Below, piece after piece: positions 53,010-64,000 of a DNA stretch of 64,000 nucleotides (the stretch's first letter is position 1; every line of letters begins with the position of its first letter). The notes under the pieces were generated by a model. That model did no database searches. It saw only the letters and a list, made by a program, of their open reading frames with translations, and had not been told where the DNA came from. The stretch lies in assembly GCF_009914755.1 (NCBI RefSeq), contig NC_060937.1. The stretch is one strand, 5' to 3'. Made by a program: the position numbers and the translations under genes. This DNA comes from the human T2T-CHM13v2.0 reference genome, Homo sapiens.

Positions 53010-55152
53010 GTTATATTTTTTAACTTTTATTTTAGTTTTGTGGGTACATGTGAAGGTTTGTAACAGAGGCAAACTCATGTCACAAGGGTTAGTTGTACAG
53101 ATTATTTTATCACCCAGGAGTTGAGCCGAGTACCCAATAGTTATCTTTTCTCTTCCTCTCTCTCCTCCCACCCTCCACCATCAAGTAGACCCCAGCATCT
53201 GTTGCCTCCTTCTTTGTGTTCATAAGTTGTCATCATTTAACTCCCTCTTATAAGTGAGAACATGTGGTATTTGGTTTTCTGTTCCTGTGTGAGTTTGTTG
53301 AGGATAATAGGCTTCTCTCCCTCTGTGTTGGTTCCCAGTTGGGCTCTCCTGCACTTGCTTTCTTTGTTCTCATCATTTAGCTTCCACTTATAACTGAGAA
53401 TATGCAGTATTGGGTTCAGATTTGCATAGTGCTTCAATGCAATCAGACCTATTTAGTGTTTTGTCCAGCATTTTTAAAGATGGAACTGCCCCTGGTGATG
53501 AGACTCCAGCCCCATCAATGTTTCTGCAAAGGACATGATGTTATTTTTTGTGTGGCTGCATAGTATTCCATAGTGTGTTTGTACCACAGTTTCTTCATGC
53601 AATCTGTCATTAATGGACCTTTAGGTTGATTCCACGTCTTTGCTATTGTGAACAGTGCAGCAATGAACATTCACGTGCATGTGTCTTCATGATAGAATTA
53701 TTTGTATTCCTCTGCCTATATACCCAGTAATAGGATTGATGGGTCAAATCGTAGTTTGCATTTAAGTCTTTGAGGAATCTCCGTACTGCTTTCCACAGTG
53801 GCTGAACTTATTTACACTCTGACCAACAATGTATAAGTGTTACCTTTTTTCTGAAACCTTGCCAGCATCTGTTATTTTTTGACTTTTTGATAATAGCCAC
53901 TCTGACTGGTGCGAGATGGTATCTTATCGTGGTTTTGATTTGCATTTGTCTAATGATCAGTGATATTGAGCTTTTTTAATATGCTTGTTAGCCATAAGAA
54001 TGTTTTATTTTGAAAAATGTCTGTTGATGTCCTTTGCCCTCTTTTTAATGAGGTTGCTTTTCCCCTTGTAAATTTGTTTAAGTTCTTTGTAGATGCTGGA
54101 TACTAGACCTTTGTCAGACGCATAGTTTGCAAAAATGTTCTCCCACTCAGTAGGTTGTCTGTTTACTCTGTTGACAGTTTTTTTTGCTGTGCAGAAGCTC
54201 CTAAGTTTAATTAGATCCCGCTTGTCAATTTTTGCTTTTGTTGCAATTGCTTTTGGAGTCTTTGTCATGAAATCTTTGCCTGTTCATCTGTCCAGGATAG
54301 TATTGCCTAGGTTGTCTTGTAGAGTTTTTATAGTTTTGGGTTTTACATTTAAGACTTTAATCCATCTTGCTTTGATTTTTGTAAAAGTTCAAAAGAAGGG
54401 GTCCAGCTTAATTCTGCGTATGGCTAGCCAGTAATCCCAGCATCATTTAATGACTAGGGAGTCTTTTCCCCATTACTTGTTTTTGTCAGCTTTGTCAAAG
54501 ATCAGGTGGTCATAGTTATGCAGCCTTATTTCCGGGCTCTCTATTCTGTTCCATTGGCCTATGTGCCTGGTTTTGTACTAGCACCATGTTGTTTTGGTTA
54601 CTGTAGCCCTGTAGTTATAGTTTGAAGACGGATGACATGACATCTCCAGCTTTGTTCTTTTTGCTTAGGATTACCTTGACTATTCAGGATCTTGTTTGGT
54701 TCCACATGAATTTTAAAATAGTTTTTTGTTTTCTATTTCTGTGAGGAACATAATTGGTAGTTTGATAGGAATAGCATTGAATCTGTAAATTGCTTTAGGC
54801 AGTATGGCCATTTTAATGATATTAATTCTTCCTATCCAAGCTTGGGGTGTTTTTCCATTGGTTTGTGTCTTCTCTGATTTCTTTGAGCAGTATTTTTTAT
54901 CTCTCATTGTTGAGATCTTTTACCTCCCTGCTTACCCGTACTCCTAGGTGTTTTATTCTTTTTGTGGCAATTGTGAATGAGATTGCCTTTCTGATTTCAC
55001 TCTCAGCTTGGCTTTTGTTGGTGTATAGGAATGCTAGTGATGTTTGTACATTGATTTTGTTTCCTGAAACTTTGCTGATGTTGTTTATCACCTGAAAGAG
55101 CTTTTGGGCTGAGACTATGGGATTTTCTAGATACAGAATCATGTTGCCTGCA
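53010..55152 (-). mobile_element. 5'-truncated L1PA (approx. L1PA13-15-like) containing a 194-bp mosaic insertion
   Basis: 3'UTR 'gggtacatgtgaaggtttg...cacccagg...gtacccaatagttat'. ORF2 remnants 54005..54268 ([14 protein letters not shown]) and 54897..55142 ([15 protein letters not shown]). Confidence 0.95.
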
Positions 55153-55879
55153 GGAGTGCAATCTCAATGTTATAAGTAGAAAGATACATGTAATAAGTAG
55201 TGCCTGCTTTTCTAACACTCTGCTTCCAAGTAGTGTTTAAAAGTATTCAATATCGTAAAACAGAATTTTTTGAACAAAAGTTACTGGAAAATGAAACTAA
55301 CAAGGAACCTTGGACAATACATCACTAAAGCCCAATTTTGTTCAGGCACTGGATTCTGAGGTCACTTCTACAGTGCAGCTTTATGGTTGGTTAAGACTGA
55401 ACATGAGAAAATATTTCGTTCAAATTAGTTTCTGAATCTAATTTTATAAATGCATTTGCTTCAGTGTGAATTTTTTTCTCTCTAATTTTACTAACCTAGT
55501 CATTTATTTGTGCTGATAATACTTGTGAAACTGGCCCACTAAAAAGCTGATTAGAGAGCCTTCTTGAGTATTATCACCAACCATCTGTACACTTTGCAAC
55601 TCAGGCAGCTTTGCCTGTTTGTGACTTCAGGATAGTACTAGCCAACCCAGAACTCCTGCAAAAAAACAAAGGTACCTTTTTGGGATGAATTTAGACCTTT
55701 GGTCATAAGACTTGGAGACCATAGTAACAGGTAGATTTCAGCCTAGAAGTGCAAAAGCCTTGTGTTGTATACAAGCTGTACCTTTATATACAATTGCCTA
55801 GTATAATTTACAGCTTATACTTGAGTAGATGTAATCAGATTCCAGGTATTAGAGACTTGATTTTATTATAAAACAATTT

Positions 55880-56135
55880 TTTTTTTTTTTTTGAGACGGA
55901 GTCTCACTCGGTCGCCCAGGCTGAAGTGAAGTGGCGCGATCTGGGCTCACTGCAAGCTCCGCCTCCCATGTTCAAGCAATTCTCTGCCTCAGCCTCCCGA
56001 GTAGCTGGGATTACAGGTGCCAGCCACCACACCCAGCTAATTGTTTTTTGTATTTTTGGTAGAGACGGGGTTTCACTGTCTTGGCCAGGCTGGTCTTGAA
56101 CTCCTGACGTTGTGATCCACCTGCCTTGGCTTCCC
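55880..56135 (-). mobile_element. AluS (Sg/Sc-like), 5'-truncated by about 35 nt
   Basis: Alu sequence with TSD ataaaac(a/t)attt at 55868-55879 and 56136-56147. Confidence 0.93.
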
Positions 56136-56424
56136 ATAAAACTATTTAAATCAGCTGACATAACCACTTAAGAATCACCCATTTATTGAAAGAATACCAG
56201 TGTACTTGCTTAAAATGGGTGTTTTTTAAGCTCATTTTATAGAATTTCCTTGAGAAAATATCATCTTTTGTAGTTTTTTCTTACATTAACCTTAAATTAC
56301 TTTTATTCATTGTGAATTCAAGTGAAATGGCAAATGAAGACTTTATGAATCACAATATTGTACTGTATATGGTCTTCTCATTAACACCAGCTTACCATGA
56401 AGTGAAAGAGTGAAAATAAATTTC

Positions 56425-56660
56425 AGTATTGGACCTAATGGTTAGTTGACAGGGCTTCACTTATAGACAACTTAGGTTAAAATCCTGGCTTTGTGTTGGC
56501 TATAGCTAGTGGATCTCTCTAAGCCTCAATTTCTTCATTTGTAAAAAGGTGATAATAAGATTGCCTGGTGCTGAAGTTTTTAATGCAGGACAATTGAGAT
56601 GGTTCATGCCACATGCATAGGCTGGTATTTGACTTGTGATGCCTACTCAGTAATTTGAGG
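56425..56660 (+). mobile_element. MIR
   Basis: Reads 'ctaatggttag...aggttaaaatcctggct...tctctctaagcctcaatttcttcatttgtaaaaaggtgataata'. Confidence 0.75.
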
Positions 56661-58966
56661 TGATATGATTGAGACTCGAGCAATATTAGATAATATTTTT
56701 AAATAGTGGCAATCATTTGCATCCTGAAAGAAGATGTACAGCTTATATAATGCTACATATTGCTTTTCTTTTCTTTTCTTTTTTTTTGAAGGAAAAATAA
56801 GAGGATAGTATGAGAAGCAAGGCTATTTCTCTTGGGATGGGAAATGACTCTGTGAATCCCTCTGCCCTCCTCTCTGGGAGGTCTCAGCAGTACAAATGGC
56901 TGCAACCAGTGACAGAGCCACTCATTTGGCCTTTACATCTTCTCTCCAGACTAAACCTCCTTGTTATATAATGATTTGCTCTTCACATGAATTTATCCAT
57001 AAGCTAGTAAGAGGAATTTCTAATCTATCCTAAATCACTGTGAATATTATCTACTTATTTTCCTCTTGTAATTCATGAAAGAAGATGCTTAACTGATATA
57101 AGATCTCTCAGTAATAGGAATGCTGGATTTAAGTGTACCACTTTCTTCAAGCACTTAATCCATACTTAGCCAACTTTTACCATTAGGGAAGGACAAAGGC
57201 ACAGGAAAGAGGAGTAGCGGTTCAATATGCCCTCAATATTTTCTCTTAAAAAAGAAAAAAAAAAAAAACAGAAAAAAAAGCCTTGTATTATAGGCCTCAG
57301 AATTAATACGTAGCATGCGTGTGTATGCCAAAGAGCATGATGATCTCATTAAGAATAATTTTTTCCATACTTATTTCACTATAGGCATCAATCTCTTTCT
57401 TTTCTGCTAGTACTTTTACAAATATGTTTTCTTAGAATGTAGTTTTTGTTGCTCAAGTGCTGCTTCTGTTTCACATTTTTGTAAAAGAGCTGTGATGGGA
57501 ATTATATTTGAATTAACCCATTTTTACATCCAAATATTTTAGATAGAGAATAGCATGTTAAATAAATGTTGACATAAAATCTTCTTGGTGTGATACAGAA
57601 ATAATGTGAAAAATACCATTGTATATAAAACCAAGTTTCTTTATCCTTGCAGTTTCTAATATAGACTCCTATGTATTATGAGATTCTTCTGGGCTTTTCT
57701 CTTTTTAAGGGCATCAAACTGGAAGGAAAAGATAAAGTAATGTAAAATTTAAGAACTTCATCCATAGCAGTGTGATTCTGTATTTAAAGGCATTTTACCA
57801 ATTTAAAGTAAGTATTTAAGGGAATGTACAATTTGTACATAGATATTTTATAATTAAAAATTTGCTTTTTTTCAGTATTAATAGTAATGCTTTTACTTGC
57901 ATACATTTTTAATTTCAAAAAGTATTCCTAAGTGTGACTTAATTTTATCTCATAATAACTATGCAAGATGCCCAACACAAGTCTTATTATTTCTAATGTA
58001 CATCAGTTTTCTAATGTCAACTCTTCACATTTTTTGATGTTTTAATTTCTGTTTGTGCCATCATCTTGATTCCTCAAACCATGCTTTGCTTTTTCTAACT
58101 GCCTCTCTTGGATGAGAGCTTTCAAAGGAACTCTGTTACATTTGGCTATTACACACTGCTGTAAATTGATACGTGTGGCTATGCTATTCACAGTCATGGT
58201 TCCCAGGGACAGGGACCCAGAGCCAGGTAAGTGCCCTGCTTCTGTTCCAACCTACTTACTTGGGGAGACAGAACCAGGTTCCACTGCACACAAGATGGGC
58301 GAGCTGGGCTATGTCACTCAGCCTCCCTGGGTATTCATTTCTTTTCTTTTTTTTTTCTGAATATCCAACAGCAAGCAATGTGTATCCATTACTTATTTGA
58401 AAAATGTTGAAGTTAGAGAAAAAGAATCATCTTATAAATGCCACTAGTTTAAAATGCTGTGATTCCATAAAAGAGACAAAGCCCCACAATTAATGCACAT
58501 CCAGATTGAGGCCGGAGCCCAGGTCTCTACATTTCCACTTATCTTCTCTGTACAACCTCTTCCTTGGCATTTGACACAGCACCAATTAAATGATGACATA
58601 TAAAAAGGGAGCACAGTAGTGGGTTCCAACAGTGCTGAAAACAGTCACCTCGTCCAAAACTCTTGTGGCACCACCCAGAGCTCAGGGTAAGTGATACCAA
58701 CCCCATGAAAGCTGCTGAAGGTGACAGAAATGGGACAAAGATTCGAATTTATTCTACTCTCTGACCATTCCTAATGGGAGGTCACCATACAGTAAGAGTG
58801 ATGAGTAGTGTTCACAGCCATAGCCAAGCTGGGCTGATCCTCTGCTTATTTCTGCTTTGGTCATGTCTATTAGCGTCTCCTGTCTCAGCAGTTACCAACC
58901 ATCTGTTGTTACTGAGCTCTGGCCTCAGAAAACAATCTCTTAAATACCTATACACTGTTAAAAAGT

Positions 58967-59683
58967 CTCACCACACATGGACTCACACACATGCTCACAC
59001 ACAGGCTCACACTCACACACACATGATCACACACAGGCTAACACTCATACTCACACAGGCTTACACACAGGCTCACAGACACACGTTCACACATACTCAC
59101 AGGCTCAAATTTATACACAAACATGCTCACACACACCACACACAAGCTCACACACCCACATGCGTGCTCTCACACACACACATGCTCACACACAGGCTGA
59201 CAATTATACACACATGCTCAGACACACACAACTCACAAGCTAACACACCCACACACATGCTCTCTCACACACACACATGCTCATACACACACATGGGCTA
59301 CACTCACCCTCACAGACACACACAGGTTCACGCACATCCTCACAGACACGCATGCACACACAGGCTCACACACACAGGCTTACACACACACATGCTCACA
59401 CACAGGATCACACAGGCTTGCACATGAGGTTACACTTGCACACTCACACACATGCTCATGGCCACATGGACCCATACTTGCACACACACACATGCTCACA
59501 GACTCACACAAAGGCTCACACTTACAGTCTCACACATGCTCACACACACAGGTTCATACAAGCTTGCACATGGGCTTACACCTACACACACATGCTCAAA
59601 GACACACACGCTCAAAGACACACACACAGGCTCACACTCATATGCTCACACACACACAGGCTCACAGTCACACACATATACAG
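58967..59683. repeat. Degenerate CA-rich satellite-like tract (cacacacatgct / cacacacaggct motifs)
   Basis: About 715 bp of recurring ~12-bp CA-rich units, read directly. Confidence 0.9.
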
Positions 59684-59708
59684 AGTCACGGAGCACAGTG
59701 CTTTAGGG

Positions 59709-60049
59709 CAGTGGTCCCCAACGTTTTTGGCACCAGGGACCAGTTTCATGGAAGACAGTTTTTCCATCAGTGAGGAGGAATGGGAAGGGATGATTTCAAG
59801 ATGAAACTGTTCCACCTCAGATCACTGGGCATTACATTCTCATAAGGAGCCCACAACCTATATTCCTCCCCTGCACAGTTCACAATAGGATTCCTGCTCC
59901 TATGAGAAGCTAATGCCCGCTGATCTGGCAGGAGGCCGAGCTCAGGCAGTCATGCTCACTTGCCCACTGCTCACCTCCTGCTGTGCGCCCCAGTTTCTAA
60001 CAGGCCACAGACTGGTACTCGTCCACAGCCCAGGGGTTGGGAACCACTG
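59709..60049 (+). mobile_element. MER1B (hAT-Charlie MITE), complete
   Basis: TIRs cagtggtccccaac / gttgggaaccactg. 8-bp TSD ctttaggg / ctttaggt. Length 341 bp. Confidence 0.95.
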
Positions 60050-60164
60050 CTTTAGGTGACATATATGACAATGTCTCTTCTTTGTAAACTAAAAGGAGGC
60101 CTCCTATGTGTTTTGATGCCCTGATCAAACTTAGTATTAAAAATTGCAAAAGCTTCTGGGAGAG

Positions 60165-60477
60165 CTGGATCACGCCTGTAATCCTAGCACTTTGGGAGGC
60201 CAAGGCGGGCGGATCACCTGAGGTCAGGAGTTTGAGACTAGCCTGACCAACATGGTGAAACCCCATCTCTACTAAAAATACAAAAATTAGCCGGGCATGG
60301 TGGTGGGTACCTGTAATCCCACCTACTCGGGAGGCTGAGGCAGGAGAATCACTTGCACCTGGGGGCGGAGGTTGCAGTGAGCCGAGATCGCGCCATTGCA
60401 CTCCAGCCTGGGTGACAGAGCGAGACTCCGTCTAAAAACAAACAAACAAACAAACAAACAAAAAACAAACAAAAAAA
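60165..60477 (+). mobile_element. AluSx-like with (AAAC)n tail
   Basis: Alu dimer starting at 'tcacgcctgtaatcctagcac'. Confidence 0.94.
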
Positions 60478-61479
60478 GCTCTAAGAGAAATAAGATTCTA
60501 TTTTATACATAAATGCCTCTCTGTTCTGAACGACTGACAAATATTTTGTTTGCTTGACTTTTAATGGCTCAGGTAGGACTTAAATATTTGATGAACTCCA
60601 TCAGTTTATAGCATATTTGTCAAATACAAACTCTGCACCTTGTTTAGGATTAAGGAAGAAATGTTTTGTTTGTTTATATCGGCAAGTTTTTGAATAGACT
60701 GCACACTGTCACTCTCCTCGTATTTAAATTGCTTATCTCAGGTTGCCAAATTCAGCATCTGAACTCCTGATTTGAGATCTCTCGTTCTCTTATTCTTTTG
60801 TGTTTTAAAAATAATGCTGTCACCTAATTCCTAGCCATATCTTTTCAGGGGATGTTGGAGTAAGCAAAAATGAATAATTTTTCCTATCTTTTAGATTTTT
60901 TTTCCTAAATGTGTGAAAAACCTTTTCTCTATCAAATAGTTTGTTTAAAAAGAAGAAAGAAACCAGTTGGCAGAAAATATATTGACAATTGCTTGCTAAA
61001 ATATTTCAGGGTAAAAAAAATCATGAGATCTATCTAATTTTTATAAGTCACTGATTAGCTTTATGTGAGTTATACACCTTTTGGGGTGTGCAATCTAACT
61101 AAAAATTCTCCTGAGGCAGAGGAGGCGTTTCCAATTCCCTCTTTTTCATTATATCATAATACCTTTGCCTCCAGGTGTTAAAATTGTAATCATAGCCTAC
61201 ACAAAAATTGTCATTTAGAAATGTATTATGAACTGAAGAAAACATTCAACATATAAATTGATGAATATCGACGCTCCACCTAGATGTAGAAAATGACATG
61301 ATTGGCATGAAGGGTACTTTGATTGAGAAAAATTAGGACTCTGTTAGGACGGAAGAAAACTTAGATGATTGTTGTTGGATAGGCCCTGAATAGCATTCAC
61401 TAGTAGACCTGGTTGTCTTCCTTGATGAAAGCTTTTATGGTTTTGATGGGCAGAGCTATGATTCTTTTTCTTACTGTCA

Positions 61480-62020
61480 CTTCACAGGGCTCCACATAGT
61501 GCCAGGCTGTGGAGGAAAAGGCCCTGAGTGAGCAAAGCTGACGGGCAGAGTGATCTTCCAGGCAGCAGTCTAGTCCCTGAAGTGAGAGGGGAATTAATGT
61601 AAAATTTGTCAAAAGTGGAATTTAAGGAAGTCAAAACAGCATAGCTGCATTAGTGAATGATTGGATTTGGGCAGATGGGGAGAAATGAAATGAGCCCACT
61701 CCTTGTCTTTTGATTGAGAGGGAGTGGTATCATCGTTGAGGAAGGAGATAGAGGCGAGGAAGCCAGTTGTGGAGAAGGGTGTGGAGAGAATGAGTTCAGC
61801 TGCAGTGAGCTGAGCTGAGACATCATTGCAGCAGGTTGTTTTGATGGAGGTGATAAGACCAGACCCAGGCTGGGTAGGGTAGGGAGGGCATTCCTCAGGC
61901 ACAAAGCTGACATCATCCACGATAGCTACAGAAACTAGGCTTGAGGGCATGTGTACGAAGGAGGAGAAAGGTACACTGAGGCCAGATTGACAAGACAAGA
62001 GAAGAGACAGTAACAATTAA
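61480..62020 (-). mobile_element. L2 internal fragment
   Basis: Purine-rich 'gtgaatgattggatttggg...gagagaatgagttcagc...gagctgagacatc' is typical of antisense L2. Confidence 0.55.
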
Positions 62021-62199
62021 AGATTTTTAAAAAGTATACTATATCTACCGTGGGCAATAATGAAAGGTTTTTAAGCCCTACACTTTTAATAGGGAAATTC
62101 TGGTAAATTAGCCAGGCAACGGTATGCAAAATCACATGATATGTTAAGAAAATAGTTATTTTTCCCCTACTATGTTTCAGACATTGCAGTAAGCACATG

Positions 62200-62700
62200 A
62201 ATTAATAGTGAATAAGACAACAGAGGAAAGAATCTAGAGATAGGTGTGAGAGTTGGAAGTCTAGTGGGATATTTCAGGTTTAAGGATAAAAGACTTGATT
62301 TGAAGTTGCACTAGTAAAAAAGAGAAAGAGTGTTTTCATTTGTTTTGTCTTTTTGGTTTTGGTGTTTTGTTTTAGAAAGTAAACAGAATGTGACATATTG
62401 TTGAAAATAGGAAGTTGGAATGGGAAGTTTGTAAGCGATGGACACAGACTATGAAAGACTGGCTCTTGTGAAAATTATGGAAGCATGGACAGAAGCGGAG
62501 CAGGAGGGAGGGGCCTTTTGCCATGGGGAGTAAGTAAGAGAAATCTTTTTACTTTATTTTTTGCAACAACTCTAGAGATACTTTCACAAAGCTTTGCCTA
62601 CATTTTCCCAGTTATTTTATTGTATGTCCTTGAGATTTTATCCATCACGATTCATCTAGAGCATGAAACTTTGAGATCTCTTGTGAGTTTTTCTTCCTAT
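62200..62700 (-). mobile_element. L2-like fragment
   Basis: Purine-rich degenerate L2-like sequence. The match is weak. Confidence 0.35.
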
Positions 62701-63029
62701 CCTACTTTAATGAGATCATTACAGTTGGACAGAAGAGGTGGAATATAGGTGGGTAGTTGTGTGATTAGGTGTACGCATCTGAGTGTATATTCTCTATGTT
62801 ACTGTGAAAAAGAGACTCTACTTTTAAGGTGAACATTGGCGAGAAACTAGTTAAATTTTTTTTGCAGTTAAAAGTAAGTTTATATTGGATAATGCTATTG
62901 CATTTCCCACAAAAATTAAAAGCATCAAAATGATACATCAACATCAATTTAAAGCAGGCCACGTGTCTAACTGTACAAGCCTGTTAAACTCTCAAACCTG
63001 CACCAACGTGTTATGTAGAGTTCCCTGGG

Positions 63030-63095
63030 CTTTTGATTTCTCGTCTTTGAAATGAGGAGGTTGGGACACATAATTTCTTAAATACCTTTTCATTT
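63030..63095 (+). mobile_element. MIR3 3' fragment
   Basis: Reads 'tttctcgtctttgaaatgaggaggttggg...taatttctaaatacc'-like sequence. Confidence 0.5.
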
Positions 63096-64000
63096 TTATT
63101 GATGTGTCTGATTATGTATAAAAAGTACTTACAGGGAAAATAATCAGTTTGATCTCCCTTGTAAAACAGGAATATGTTTTATAGAATCTTTCCCCATCTG
63201 AGAGAAGAGCAAACCATTTCCCATCAAGTCAATGTATAGGATTGTGTGTGTGTGTTGTGTGTTGCGTGTTTTGGGGTAGGTAGGGATGCCCTTTTATAGT
63301 TAATATAATAATAAATTGATTCTGTTTTAATTTGAAATATCTACAGTGTCTAAATTACCAAATCCTTAATTATCCAGTTACCAGCAATGACTTCCAAGTC
63401 CCATGGATTTAGATACATTTGAAATAAACCACCAGCTACCTCAAATCTTGGAAAAAAGCCCATTGCCCAGCTCAAAAATTACAAAACTTCCCAAATGTTT
63501 ATATATGCAAGGTCACGTCTGTCTCAAAGTTTATCTTCAGCTGTTTTCTTCTGTTGCACCTTCCCTAGCACAGAACTCAAATTTACAGCTCAAAGACAGG
63601 AGAGGGAAATCTTTTAAAATTTATTTAAAAATGGAATACCCTCTCTATTATCAATTGGTTGCATACAGTATCCTATGCAAGTTCTCAAAAGCTAATCAGC
63701 TAGTCCTCTACAGAGATACTATTTCTGGCCACTTGACTGTAAGTTCCAGTTTCCTCCAAGATTGCCTCCTCCTTTTTCCCCACTTCTCTCTTTAGCATCC
63801 CCTCAGTCCCGTTTACACCTGCTAACTCTGTCGTCTCCCTTAAGCCCTTAGGTTTAGAATCACTCTTTTCAAATTCTAAGTGGCAGGAAATTCATTTTCC
63901 TAAACAAAGATGGCTTCTTCCTAACTGTAATGTGGGTAGGACTATTAAAATCATGTATGCGCAAATCTGTGTGACTGCATGGCTCTCTGTGTGTACCCCA

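Noticed and set aside
58774-59804. His/Thr-rich ORFs, one with a signal-peptide-like start
   Set aside because: These are translations of the CA-rich low-complexity tract running into MER1B.

Overview
This is AT-rich primate (human-like) genomic DNA, intronic or intergenic. I recognise no protein-coding gene, and there are no prokaryotic features or CRISPR arrays. It is largely a record of transposable-element insertions. These include a near full-length minus-strand L1PA (about 10405-17247) carrying an Alu in its ORF2, about ten other L1 fragments, eight Alus, MaLR (MLT1/MST) and LTR16-like solo LTRs, Tigger3b and MER1B DNA transposons, old L2/L3/MIR relics and a 5S rRNA 5' fragment. The longest ORFs are L1 remnants or artefacts of low-complexity repeats. 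The best unexplained structure is a 194-bp three-piece mosaic inside the L1 at 53311-53504, built from two sequences 2.5-2.8 kb upstream plus a re-copied L1 segment. Also notable are a 966-bp unbroken purine/pyrimidine-alternating minisatellite (18655-19620), a trimeric Alu inside one TSD, an L1 with an inverted EN piece and a fold-back hairpin. I found no evidence for a new gene-encoded biological system. Subfamily calls come from recalled consensus motifs, and boundaries of old elements are approximate.
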